A stretch of 64,000 nt of DNA from Candidatus Cryptobacteroides sp. (GCA_045613365.1 JAZLAS010000065.1:10252-74251); one strand, 5' to 3'; counted from the stretch's first letter, positions 46,727 through 56,172 are shown. Numbers and translations: made by a program. Notes: generated from the sequence alone by a model not told the origin.

Positions 46727-48046
46727 ATGAACTACTTATTTACATCTGAATCGGTGTCAGAAGGACACCCAGACAAGGTTTCGGACCAGATTTCCGACGC
46801 CATCCTTGACGAATTCCTACGCCAGGACCCTGAGGCCAAGGTCGCATGCGAGACATTCTGCAGCACAGGTCTCGTAGTAGTAGGAGGCGAAGTACGCTCT
46901 GAAGATGCATATGTTGACATCCCGAAGACCGTACGCCGCGTGATCAACAAGATCGGCTACAACAAGGCCGAGTACATGTTCGACGGCAATTCATGCGGTA
47001 TCTTGTCTGCTCTTCATGAGCAGAGCGTGGATATCAACAGAGGTGTAGTCGGCGAGGACGCTGACGCTCAGGGAGCCGGTGACCAGGGAATGATGTTCGG
47101 ATATGCATGCCGCGACACTGAGGAATACATGCCTCTTCCGCTCGCTCTCTCGCATCAGGCCCCCCTCATGCTCGCAAAGATCCGCAAGCAGAAGCCGGAG
47201 CTCATGCCATACCTCCGTCCGGACTCGAAGTCACAGTTCACAATCGAATATGATGGAGAGACAAATGAGCCTGTACGCGTGCATACAATCGTGATTTCAA
47301 CTCAGCATGACGAATTCACTCCAGCTTCGCTCGGAAACATGAGCTATGCAGACGGATGCGCACAGTATGGCCAGAAGAGAGTCGATGAGGCTATGCAGGC
47401 AAAGATCCGCGAAGATGTCCAGAATATACTCCTTCCAATGCTCATAGAGACTCTCGCTCCTGAGACTGCCGCCCTCTTCAAAGGTGATTATATCCTTCAT
47501 GTCAATCCTACTGGAAAATTCGTCATCGGAGGTCCTCATGGCGACACCGGTCTCACAGGACGTAAGATCATCGTTGATACATATGGCGGAAAGGGAGCAC
47601 ACGGCGGTGGAGCATTCTCAGGTAAAGATCCTTCAAAGGTTGACCGATCTGCAGCATATGCATCACGCTACATTGCAAAGAACATGGTAGCAGCAGGCGT
47701 TGCTCGTGAAATGCTCGTACAGGTATCATATGCAATCGGTGTAGCACGCCCGCTCAGCATCTTCGTAAACACCTATGGCACAGCGGCGAACGGACTCACT
47801 GACGCAGAGATTGCCAAGAAGATCGAGACCCTCTTCGACCTTCGTCCGGCAAAGATCATCGAGAAATTCGGTCTCAAGAAGCCTATATATGAGCCGACTG
47901 CATCATATGGTCATGTAGGAAGAACACCATACAAGGAGTCGGTGACTCTTGTCAGAAACGGTGTGAAGACTCAGGAGTATGTGCAGTTCTTCGGATGGGA
48001 ACTTCTTGACTCGGTAGACATGATCAAGAAAGCGTTCGGACTGTAA
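46727..48046 (+). CDS. metK: S-adenosylmethionine synthetase
   Basis: [57 protein letters not shown]. True start is MNYLF; the upstream ORF extension runs through the riboswitch leader. Confidence 0.97.
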   Translation: MNYLFTSESVSEGHPDKVSDQISDAILDEFLRQDPEAKVACETFCSTGLVVVGGEVRSEDAYVDIPKTVRRVINKIGYNKAEYMFDGNSCGILSALHEQSVDINRGVVGEDADAQGAGDQGMMFGYACRDTEEYMPLPLALSHQAPLMLAKIRKQKPELMPYLRPDSKSQFTIEYDGETNEPVRVHTIVISTQHDEFTPASLGNMSYADGCAQYGQKRVDEAMQAKIREDVQNILLPMLIETLAPETAALFKGDYILHVNPTGKFVIGGPHGDTGLTGRKIIVDTYGGKGAHGGGAFSGKDPSKVDRSAAYASRYIAKNMVAAGVAREMLVQVSYAIGVARPLSIFVNTYGTAANGLTDAEIAKKIETLFDLRPAKIIEKFGLKKPIYEPTASYGHVGRTPYKESVTLVRNGVKTQEYVQFFGWELLDSVDMIKKAFGL

Positions 48047-48175
48047 ATCATTTCTATCAATACAACAGCAGGGCTGTGTTATAGGCGACATGCCACCCCC
48101 GGCTAGGGGGTGCCTCCTGACAAGGAGGCGGGGGTCGCCGGAACACAGCCCTGCTGTTGTATCGATCAAATGGTT
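48046..48175. repeat. 130-bp branched inverted-repeat element filling the metK/smpB convergent gap
   Basis: 25-bp arms 48056-48080 / 48142-48166 with one mismatch. Outer 8-bp extension. Inner GGCGAC/GTCGCC stem capped by two GC-rich hairpins. Confidence 0.85.
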
Positions 48176-48625
48176 CTAGATTCTTTCCATCTCACGTCGG
48201 AGATCCTTCTCCTTGATGGAAGCACGCTTGTCATACTCTTTCTTACCACGCGCAAGAGCAATCAGCATCTTAGCATAGCCATTGTCTGCTATATAAAGCT
48301 TCACTCCGACTATTGTCAGGCCTTTCTCCTTCACTGCTCTGCTGAGCCTGTTCAGTTCCTTCCTGGTAAGCAGTAGCTTACGTTCACGACGCGGGTCATG
48401 TTTACCCCAGCTTCCCCACCAATACTCAGCGACATGCATGTTCTTCACATACAATTCGTTGTTATTGAAATAGCAGAAAGTATCCACCAAAGAAGCCTTC
48501 CCCGCCCTGATGGACTTTATCTCCGTACCTGTAAGCACGATTCCCGCCTGGAAGGTCTCGATGAACTCATAATCAAACGAAGCCCTCCTGTTCTTTATCT
48601 CTACACTGCTTTTTGCTTTCGGCAT
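48176..48625 (-). CDS. smpB: SsrA-binding protein
   Basis: [44 protein letters not shown]. Confidence 0.96.
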   Translation of the reverse strand: MPKAKSSVEIKNRRASFDYEFIETFQAGIVLTGTEIKSIRAGKASLVDTFCYFNNNELYVKNMHVAEYWWGSWGKHDPRRERKLLLTRKELNRLSRAVKEKGLTIVGVKLYIADNGYAKMLIALARGKKEYDKRASIKEKDLRREMERI

Positions 48626-48732
48626 AATCTCAAAACAATTAAATCACGATTTGTGAAGGTGATGTACCGGAATTCACTTGATTTCGGACACATCGGCCTC
48701 CACAATGGTCGTACCGTTGTATGAATGGAGTG

Positions 48733-48740
48733 CAAAGTTA
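48733..48740 (-). promoter_or_regulatory. -7 promoter element of smpB
   Basis: Minus-strand TAACTTTG about 108 nt upstream of the ATG, implying a roughly 100-nt leader. Confidence 0.6.
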
Positions 48741-48929
48741 ATGCTTTTTTCGAATTTCATACTAAGGGGGTCTCCGAGCCGCTCTACCACTAAAACATTA
48801 TTACCCAATGGATTACACCCGTACGGGTGGGTATAATGGCACAACCTTCAACCTATTAAAACATTGACACACAGTCACTTGAGAGTCACACATCCAATCA
48901 TATATTTACTGGTTATTATTCAAAATCAT

Positions 48930-48937
48930 TATATTTG
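48930..48937 (+). promoter_or_regulatory. -7 promoter element of miaA
   Basis: TATATTTG 20 nt upstream of the ATG. Confidence 0.6.
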
Positions 48938-48957
48938 CACCCTGAAACCTGACCACT

Positions 48958-50013
48958 ATGGCAAAGAAATCTTTCACTCCGATACCTCCTATGGCAGAGC
49001 TGCCCCCTGCCGAAGAAATCAATGTCAAGGAGATTCTTGACAAATACCTCACAGGAGAAATTGACCTCATATGCGTCCTGGGCCCGACAGCCCCAGGAAA
49101 GACCCGTTATGCCGTACAGCTTGCCCGACAGATCAACTCACTATTGGCTCAAACCTCTTTCGGTGAGGTAGTGCAGGTGGCTGAAAACCTCGAGGACCGT
49201 GCCACCCGCGGCGCTGAAATAATCTCAGCCGACTCCCGTCAGGTCTATCGCGGTATGGACATAGGTACCGGAAAAGACCTTGATGAATACGAAGAAATAC
49301 CATACCACCTTATGGACATAGTCGATGCCGGGGAGAAATACAATATCTTCGAGTATCAGAGAGACTTCGAAAAGGCTTACAGAGATATCAGAGAAAGGGG
49401 CGGAATACCGATATTATGCGGTGGAAGCGGACTTTATATCGAGGCTGCCACATGCGGTTATTCCCTTCCGGAGGTACCACCTGACCCAGAACTTCGTGCA
49501 GAACTTGAGAAGAAAACGGACGAGGAGCTGATCGCTCAGCTTGCATCATTGAAGCCGCTCCACAACACTACCGACTACGATACCCGCAAACGCCTTATCC
49601 GTGCATTGGAGATAGCGATATATGAAGCAGATCACCCTGTACAACGCACAAGTTTCCTCCCCAAAAGCACATATTATATAGGAACACTCGTCACCCGCGA
49701 AGTACGTAACGCAAAAATCGACAAGCGTCTGGACGCCCGACTGAAAGAAGGAATGGTAGAGGAGATCAAAGGTCTGATCGATGGGACACATCCGGCTCTA
49801 TCCCCCGCTCAGAAACCGATTCCGGCAGAAGATCTGATCTACTATGGACTCGAATACAAATTCGTGACACTTTACCTGATCGGAGAGCTTACATTCGAAG
49901 AAATGCGCCAACAGCTTGCCACAGCCATCCATCAGTTCGCCAAGCGCCAGATGACATGGTTCCGCGGAATGGAACGCAAAGGCATCCGCATCCACTGGAC
50001 AGAAGTGCAATAA
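48958..50013 (+). CDS. miaA: tRNA dimethylallyltransferase
   Basis: GPTAPGKT P-loop, EIISADSRQVYRGMDIGTGK, GGSGLY, RLIRALE, FAKRQMTWFR. Confidence 0.9.
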   Translation: MAKKSFTPIPPMAELPPAEEINVKEILDKYLTGEIDLICVLGPTAPGKTRYAVQLARQINSLLAQTSFGEVVQVAENLEDRATRGAEIISADSRQVYRGMDIGTGKDLDEYEEIPYHLMDIVDAGEKYNIFEYQRDFEKAYRDIRERGGIPILCGGSGLYIEAATCGYSLPEVPPDPELRAELEKKTDEELIAQLASLKPLHNTTDYDTRKRLIRALEIAIYEADHPVQRTSFLPKSTYYIGTLVTREVRNAKIDKRLDARLKEGMVEEIKGLIDGTHPALSPAQKPIPAEDLIYYGLEYKFVTLYLIGELTFEEMRQQLATAIHQFAKRQMTWFRGMERKGIRIHWTEVQ

Positions 50014-50053
50014 ATCCGCCACCGCCTAAACCATTGGTTATCAGCATAATCAT

Positions 50054-50090
50054 AAAACCTCTTGCCGCCGAAAGGGAGCAGGAGGTTTTT
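50054..50090. terminator. Bidirectional terminator between miaA and trmB
   Basis: AAAACCTCTTGC ... GCAGGAGGTTTT stem with A and T tails. Confidence 0.75.
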
Positions 50091-50131
50091 ATAAGTCATT
50101 GAAGCACAGCGATATAAGCGTCAGCGAGAAA

Positions 50132-50956
50132 CTATGCTTCAGGATAGAACTTCGAAGCGACCGGAAGGCCGGAAGGTATGACAAAATGATGACCTTCATC
50201 TTTCCATGTATCTTCGTCCCATTCCGGAGAGATATAATCGCCGGCATGATCGGCAAGGAAAGAAAGGTATGTTATAGGGAATCCTTGTGCAAGATACTGG
50301 GACTCATAGAAAGTCTGCACCTCGAAAAGTGCATCTACTGCAGCCCTACCGCAGACTGACGAAAGCTCACTTTCATATAGCCTTTCTTTGTCAGCCCCAT
50401 AGATATCAGTAGCGGCAGCAAGCACACGCAGTCCGTTCTGCTGAGCCATCGCAAGCGAATATTCATGAAGATAACGGCTGTCTGTCTTTAGATGGATGAT
50501 TCCACCCTCACAAAGGAAATTACGATAGCGGGACATGAAAAGCGGAGCTGTCAGGCGTTTCTTTTCACGACCGATCTGCGGATCCGCAAATGTGATCCAT
50601 ATTTCTGACACTTCACCTGGAGCGAACAGAGATTCGATGAATTCTATGCGTGTACGAAGGAAACCTACATTCTTAAGTCCATGTTCCTCAGCATATTTGG
50701 CACCTTTCCACAAACGCGCACCCTTGATATCGACACCTATATAATTGCATGCCGGATTACGTTCGGCCAGATCAACGGTATAATCCCCCTTGCCACAGCC
50801 AAGCTCTAGAACGATAGGATTGTCATTTCCGAAGAAATCCTTCCCCCAACGACCCTTTAAAGGATGGTCGCAGTTCAGGACCTCAGATGTAGCCGGCTGC
50901 ACAAGACATCTGAATGTTTCGTTTTCTCTGAATTTTCTCAGCTTATCCTTTCCCAT
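50132..50956 (-). CDS. trmB: tRNA (guanine-N7)-methyltransferase
   Basis: IVLELGCGKGDY, GVDIKGARLW, WITFADPQ, HLKTDS, QTFYE. Confidence 0.92.
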   Translation of the reverse strand: MGKDKLRKFRENETFRCLVQPATSEVLNCDHPLKGRWGKDFFGNDNPIVLELGCGKGDYTVDLAERNPACNYIGVDIKGARLWKGAKYAEEHGLKNVGFLRTRIEFIESLFAPGEVSEIWITFADPQIGREKKRLTAPLFMSRYRNFLCEGGIIHLKTDSRYLHEYSLAMAQQNGLRVLAAATDIYGADKERLYESELSSVCGRAAVDALFEVQTFYESQYLAQGFPITYLSFLADHAGDYISPEWDEDTWKDEGHHFVIPSGLPVASKFYPEA

Positions 50957-50958
50957 GC

Positions 50959-52248
50959 CTACTCCTGGTCCTTCTTTGGACGGTCATTACGACGGCCTCC
51001 ATTACGGTTGCCGTTCCTATGACCTTTATGTCCGTTATTCCGTTTTTCGCCGCCGTTGTCAGCTGCTTTCTGTTCCTGCTGGCCGCCTGCACCGGCAGCT
51101 TCTGCCTGAACCTTCTTCTGTCCGCCGCTTCCGCCACGGTACTTCTTCTTTTTCTTACGTTTGCGAGCCTCGTCGAAACGGTTGATGGCATCATCTCCTA
51201 CAGCTGTAACAAATTCAGGAGCAACAGGTTCCGCATCATTCTTCAGCGACTCAGGCTTCTCTCCGTTACGGTTCATTCTGATGATATCCCAGACATCTTC
51301 AGCATAAAGCGGGTAAAGATTTGCAAGAGACTGGGGATCATATGAGAAGTACATGATCTCACGAAGGATGTCAGTCTTCATGAGATATGCAAGACCGTCT
51401 TCAAATTCCAGAGGATTGTGGACCTTAGGGATACGGGACTGCGCATCGATATATGCTGCTGTCTCATAATTAAGACAGCATTTGAGTTTTCCGCACTGCC
51501 CTGCGAGCTTCTGAGGATTGAGCGAGAGATCCTGACAGCGCGCAGCCGAAGTAGTTATGGACTGGAAACTTGAAATATAGTTCGAGCAGCAGAGCTCACG
51601 TCCACAGACACCAAGACCTCCGATCAGTCCGGCCTCCTGACGTGCTCCGATCTGCTTCATTTCAATCCTGATGCGGAATTCCTCGGCAAAGACCTTTATC
51701 AGCTGACGGAAGTCAACTCGGCCGTCAGCAATATAGTAGAAGATCGCCTTCGTTCCGTCACCCTGGAACTCAACGTCTCCGATCTTCATTTCCAATCCCA
51801 GTTCGGCAGCGATCTGACGCGAACGTATCATGGTCTCGTGCTCGCGCGCAATAGCTTCCTGCCATCTCTCGATATCAAACAGCTTAGCCTTGCGATAGAT
51901 TCTCTTGAACTCATATGTCTCAGGATTGATCCTCTTGCACTTCATCTGACGTGCCACGATAGGTCCCTCAAGGGTCACGATACCGAGATCATGCCCATTG
52001 GCTGCTTCGACGATCACCAGGTCGCCAGTCTTTACGCTCTGGCCGGAACCATTACGGAATATCCCTTTGCGGGTATTCTTGAAACGGACTTCAAAATAGT
52101 CTTTGTACTGCTCCTGATTGACTCCCGACAGCCAATCATACACCTCCAGCTTACAGCAACCCTGACGGTAGCTGCAATCGACCTCTCCTGACTCATTACG
52201 CTCTACAGTGCAGCCGCGTGAGCAATCATATCTTTTTGATTCATTCAT
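50959..52248 (-). CDS. PSP1/RicT(YaaT)-family Fe-S protein
   Basis: FYYIADGRVDFRQL, RIEMKQIGARQEA, GVCGRELCC, NPQKLAGQCGKLKCCLNYE. Basic low-complexity tail. Downstream of holB. Confidence 0.88.
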   Translation of the reverse strand: MNESKRYDCSRGCTVERNESGEVDCSYRQGCCKLEVYDWLSGVNQEQYKDYFEVRFKNTRKGIFRNGSGQSVKTGDLVIVEAANGHDLGIVTLEGPIVARQMKCKRINPETYEFKRIYRKAKLFDIERWQEAIAREHETMIRSRQIAAELGLEMKIGDVEFQGDGTKAIFYYIADGRVDFRQLIKVFAEEFRIRIEMKQIGARQEAGLIGGLGVCGRELCCSNYISSFQSITTSAARCQDLSLNPQKLAGQCGKLKCCLNYETAAYIDAQSRIPKVHNPLEFEDGLAYLMKTDILREIMYFSYDPQSLANLYPLYAEDVWDIIRMNRNGEKPESLKNDAEPVAPEFVTAVGDDAINRFDEARKRKKKKKYRGGSGGQKKVQAEAAGAGGQQEQKAADNGGEKRNNGHKGHRNGNRNGGRRNDRPKKDQE

Positions 52249-53300
52249 ACACTTAAAAACATACGGTTGACCAGATCACAGAACAGGATCTTCGAACTGA
52301 CGTTCCTGTCGATCATGGACACGACCTTCTCTATATTTGTTATCGATCTTGTGCAGAAGCCCTTGCCACACTTTCCCGCCATATTGACATAGAAGTCCTG
52401 CTCCTCGTCAGCAATACCTGCTATCTGAGGCATCTTCTGCTGGATCATGAATATCTTTCTTATACATTCGCCCGCAAAGTTACAAAAAGCTTTCTGCTTT
52501 TCGCGCGACTCCAATGCGGCCATGACTTCTCCACATTCGAGGGCAGCCATGAGGTCACGGGCTGTAACCGCATTCATCAGATCCGAAAACAGATCCATGA
52601 ACAGATTATATTCCTCACGGTCATCAAATGGATTCAGCGCCTTGACGCGTTCCGCCTCTTCCTTAGAAAGAGGCATGACCCTGATGCTCTGGCAACGGGA
52701 GAAAATAGTCTGCAGCACTTTCTCCGGAGCATGAGTGATAAAGATGAAAAGCGTCTTTTCAGGCGGTTCTTCCACCATTTTCAGGAGTCTGTTCGCAGTC
52801 TCCTGATTCATTTTTTCAGGCAGATAGAAAATTACTGCCTTATAACCGTCAGCTACGGCTGTCAATGAAAGTTTGCTGATGATGGATCTGGCCTCAGCCA
52901 CGGCTATGAGGCCGTTCTTGCTCTCGATACCGATGGCTCTTTGAAGGTCTGCCTCCACAAAATACGGATTTGCGATAGCAAGTTCACGCCAATATTTCAC
53001 ATATGACTCCGAAGTCGGCTTTTCATCAGAACTTTTAGGGCCTTTGTTTACCGGGAAGACATAATGTACATCAGGGTGAATAAGCTTAGCCATCTGACGG
53101 CATGACGGGCATTCTCCGCATGAGTCGCCATCATGGGGATCGGAACAATTGAGATACTGGACATAGGCCAATGCCAGAGCCAGAGCTCCGCAACCTTCAT
53201 TCTCATACATAAGCATTGCATGGGCAACCCTGCCGGTATCCGCCATGGACACCAGTGCCTTAGCCACATCAGCATTTCCTATGACATCAGCAAATCTCAT
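52245..53300 (-). CDS. holB: DNA polymerase III delta' subunit
   Basis: MRFADVIG, Zn motif C..CGECPSC, HPDVH, ANRLLKMVEEPP, TIFSRCQ. Confidence 0.9.
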   Translation of the reverse strand: MRFADVIGNADVAKALVSMADTGRVAHAMLMYENEGCGALALALAYVQYLNCSDPHDGDSCGECPSCRQMAKLIHPDVHYVFPVNKGPKSSDEKPTSESYVKYWRELAIANPYFVEADLQRAIGIESKNGLIAVAEARSIISKLSLTAVADGYKAVIFYLPEKMNQETANRLLKMVEEPPEKTLFIFITHAPEKVLQTIFSRCQSIRVMPLSKEEAERVKALNPFDDREEYNLFMDLFSDLMNAVTARDLMAALECGEVMAALESREKQKAFCNFAGECIRKIFMIQQKMPQIAGIADEEQDFYVNMAGKCGKGFCTRSITNIEKVVSMIDRNVSSKILFCDLVNRMFLSV

Positions 53301-54286
53301 TACATTATCCTTCTAGCTGTGAAATAAGCCAGTTCCACAAGCATGTCCTTTTCTCTGGACTCCGGAAGCACACTCAGGGCCTCCACTGCCTCAGAGACAT
53401 ATCTGTCCAGCTGTTCCACAGCATATTCGAGACCTCCGTTCATTTTGACAAAGTCAACGATAACGTCTCTATACTGCGGATTGTCCGGAATATTCTTTAC
53501 CATCTCTCTTACACGCTCCTCTTCCTGTGGGCCGGCATTGACAAAAGCGCCCAACAAAGGCATGGTGATCTTCTGCTCAAGGATATCCACTCCCAAAGGT
53601 TTACCGACACTGTCTGTACCGGAATAATCCAATATATCGTCCTTTATCTGGAAAGCAAGTCCAAGAGCTACAGCATAGTCCTTTGCCGCCTTTTCATACT
53701 CAGGACAGGCATCTACTGAAATAGCGGCAGAAAGACAAGCCGCTTCGAAAAGCGAAGCTGTCTTATTATAAATTATCCTAAGATAATCGTTCTCATCAGT
53801 ATCTCCGCTCTGAGCCTTCTGAAGCTGCAGCATCTCACCCTCAGCCAGATCGCTGAGAGTCTTGGAAAAGAGTCTGATGACACGCATATCGTCGCCAGAT
53901 GCTTCCAGAACCAGTTCCACAGCCTTTACAAGCCAATAATCCCCTACAAGTACTGACACCGATGGTCCCATCAGAGACATTATCGTAGGCACCCCTCTGC
54001 GCTGGTCACTTTCATCCGCGACATCATCATGAAGGAGAGTCGCATTGTGAAGGAGTTCTGATGCCGCCGCATAGCGGACCGTAGCATCAGAAGCTGGCTT
54101 ACCGGCAGAGCAGGCACGTGCAATGATAAGCGCAAGCATCGGTCTCATCTGTTTCCCGGAATGAGACAGGATCGATTCATTGGTCACGTTCAGAAGGGCT
54201 ATATCACTCTGTAAAGCAGAAGCTATCCTTTTCTGCACAGCAAGCCAATCCTGACCTAACAACTCTCTGATAGCCTTTATATCCAT
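53300..54286 (-). CDS. Long-chain polyprenyl diphosphate synthase (IspB-like)
   Basis: GKQMRP, LLHDDVAD..RRG, KTASLF, FQIKDDILD. Confidence 0.9.
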   Translation of the reverse strand: MDIKAIRELLGQDWLAVQKRIASALQSDIALLNVTNESILSHSGKQMRPMLALIIARACSAGKPASDATVRYAAASELLHNATLLHDDVADESDQRRGVPTIMSLMGPSVSVLVGDYWLVKAVELVLEASGDDMRVIRLFSKTLSDLAEGEMLQLQKAQSGDTDENDYLRIIYNKTASLFEAACLSAAISVDACPEYEKAAKDYAVALGLAFQIKDDILDYSGTDSVGKPLGVDILEQKITMPLLGAFVNAGPQEEERVREMVKNIPDNPQYRDVIVDFVKMNGGLEYAVEQLDRYVSEAVEALSVLPESREKDMLVELAYFTARRIM

Positions 54287-54288
54287 AA

Positions 54289-54819
54289 CTAGTCCTGCAA
54301 CTTATCAAAAATTTCGTCTGCCGTATCGGCAAAACATATCAGCCTCATAGTCTCTTTGCTCAGCATTCCGGTATCCACATAATGCTGCAGAAGCTGACGC
54401 AAAGGTTCATAGAAACCTTCATGGTTCAGCAGAAAGATCTTTCCGAAATATTGCTTCAGATGAACCAGAGCAAAAGTTTCAATCACTTCGTCAAGCGTAC
54501 CGATGCCTCCAGGGAGTGCAACTACCGCACAAGTATCCTTTCTGAGCAAAGTCTTTCTTTCAGCCATCGTGTCTGTCCAGATCACTTCAGAAAGATCCGG
54601 GTACACATATTGTTTCATGAAACGCGGAATCACCCCCAGATGATATCCTCCGCAATCACGAAGTTCATCTGAAATGACACCCATCGTGCCCTTTACGGTA
54701 CCTCCCGACACAATGCCATATCCATGAAACGAAGCCGCCCGGACGAATTCGCGAGCGACTTTGTTGTACTTTGGATCTATTTCGAAACTGGCCGAACAGA
54801 AAACAGCAATCTTCTCCAT
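54289..54819 (-). CDS. LOG-family nucleotide monophosphate phosphoribohydrolase (TIGR00730-like)
   Basis: IAVFCSAS, GVIPRFM, MAERK, PGGIGTLDE. Confidence 0.88.
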   Translation of the reverse strand: MEKIAVFCSASFEIDPKYNKVAREFVRAASFHGYGIVSGGTVKGTMGVISDELRDCGGYHLGVIPRFMKQYVYPDLSEVIWTDTMAERKTLLRKDTCAVVALPGGIGTLDEVIETFALVHLKQYFGKIFLLNHEGFYEPLRQLLQHYVDTGMLSKETMRLICFADTADEIFDKLQD

Positions 54820-54830
54820 CAGAAAAAACT

Positions 54831-55433
54831 TTAGAAGAGTATTGCGGCTGTAAGCGTTATACCTCCGAAATTCGACTCACCGAATGCTTCCTTGAACGAA
54901 GAGTCACTGAACACGCCCTCACCATGGAAGGCAGATACCAGATTTCCGAAATTCCAGTTATAACGTCCTACGATCTGAAGTCTCCAGATTTCAAGACCTA
55001 CACCCAGACCTACTCCATATTCGAATTTATTCAGTGCATCCTTGAAAGCAGGAAGGCTGGCCTTGGTATTAAGTCCATATCCCACAAACGGGCTCACATC
55101 CAGGTATGGTCTGAACAGAAGAAGATCCGGTCCCCACTGGATAGAAGGCATGAACTCCAGATATCCGACTGAAAGGTCAAGAGAACTATCCTCACTACCT
55201 ACCATGGCTCCCTTCACACTGTAGAGAAGCGAAGGCTGGATCGAAAAGCCAAGTGCAAGATCGAACTTATATCCGATACCGGCATGGTACTGCGTCATGG
55301 TACCCTTGCTGATCTCTTTCACGTTAGATGTCGAGAAATTGAGTCCTCCCATCACAGCAAATCTGTTCTGGGCATTGACACTCACAAAACCGGCAGCCAG
55401 CAATATGATGGCCGCCATGAAAAATCTTTTCAT
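54831..55433 (-). CDS. Small outer-membrane beta-barrel (porin-family) protein
   Basis: Signal peptide, GGLNFS, SIQPSLLYSVKG, amphipathic strands, C-terminal F. Confidence 0.72.
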   Translation of the reverse strand: MKRFFMAAIILLAAGFVSVNAQNRFAVMGGLNFSTSNVKEISKGTMTQYHAGIGYKFDLALGFSIQPSLLYSVKGAMVGSEDSSLDLSVGYLEFMPSIQWGPDLLLFRPYLDVSPFVGYGLNTKASLPAFKDALNKFEYGVGLGVGLEIWRLQIVGRYNWNFGNLVSAFHGEGVFSDSSFKEAFGESNFGGITLTAAILF

Positions 55434-55442
55434 AATCAAGTA

Positions 55443-55757
55443 TTATAAAAGTGAATCAATCTTTGCAGAAAGGTCTGCCTTCGAGATGACGCCCACGTGT
55501 CTGCCGACAAGCTCACCGTTCTTGAAGAAAAGAAGAGTAGGGACACTTCTGATGCCATAAGTCATAGGCGCATCATCGCAATCATCTACATTGCACTTGC
55601 ACACTACAGCCTTTCCTTCGTATTCAGCAGCTACTTCCTCTACGATAGGAGCAATCGCCTTGCATGGGCCGCACCATGTAGCCCAGAAATCCACGAGAAC
55701 AGGCTTGTCTGTATTCAAAGTCTCAGCGAAGTTCGCGTCAGTAACAACATTTGCCAT
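55443..55757 (-). CDS. trxA: Thioredoxin
   Basis: VDFWATWCGPCK, GIRSVPT. Confidence 0.96.
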   Translation of the reverse strand: MANVVTDANFAETLNTDKPVLVDFWATWCGPCKAIAPIVEEVAAEYEGKAVVCKCNVDDCDDAPMTYGIRSVPTLLFFKNGELVGRHVGVISKADLSAKIDSLL

Positions 55758-55819
55758 AATTGTTTCTTATTAAAAGTTCTTAAAATATTCCGTATTTACG
55801 TTGGTTGCCGGAATAAAGC

Positions 55820-55855
55820 AATCCAGTCGCAAATATAAAGAATTGCGACTGGATT
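55820..55855 (-). terminator. Hairpin ending the efflux operon, overlapping the trxA -7 box
   Basis: Perfect 13-bp stem AATCCAGTCGCAA / TTGCGACTGGATT. Minus-strand TATATTTG at 55830-55837. Confidence 0.6.
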
Positions 55856-55878
55856 TACAATAATGATACCTCAAAGGT

Positions 55879-56172
55879 TTAATATGATTTTTCAATGTTC
55901 CAGACAAAAGCACGGATACCAAGGTCAGGAGTTTCTTCATCCATTGCCTTGAGCTGTGCCAGAATATCGTCAACCTTATCATCAGGAACGAATGTAAGGA
56001 TCGCATTGTTCATTGTAGGCCATGCATGGTTACCCATATGAGGCTCTCCGTCTACTCCTCCGCGACCGGCAATATCCTGCCACATGGTGAAGCCTCTGCA
56101 GCCAAGCTGTTCGATTGCATCAGCGATCTCCATATTATACGCCTGATCATAAGCTATAAATATACCTTTCAT
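55879..56172 (-). CDS. Small P-II-like transporter-associated protein (PG0541-like)
   Basis: MKGIFIAYDQA, RGFTMWQDIAGRG..GEPHMGNHAWP. Directly downstream of the RND permease. Confidence 0.75.
   Translation of the reverse strand: MKGIFIAYDQAYNMEIADAIEQLGCRGFTMWQDIAGRGGVDGEPHMGNHAWPTMNNAILTFVPDDKVDDILAQLKAMDEETPDLGIRAFVWNIEKSY

Noticed and set aside
47903-48376. Two small opposing ORFs both containing TQPCCCID
   Set aside because: Artefact of translating the two arms of the 48056-48166 inverted repeat.
48046-48740. tmRNA, tRNA, SRP or 6S RNA beside smpB
   Set aside because: No T-loop/CCA end, tag reading frame or SRP loop motif was seen, and the gaps are too short for tmRNA.
50943-51194. 83-aa basic ORF overlapping the PSP1 tail
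   Set aside because: Alternate frame of a low-complexity tail. The main frame is intact, so no frameshift is needed.
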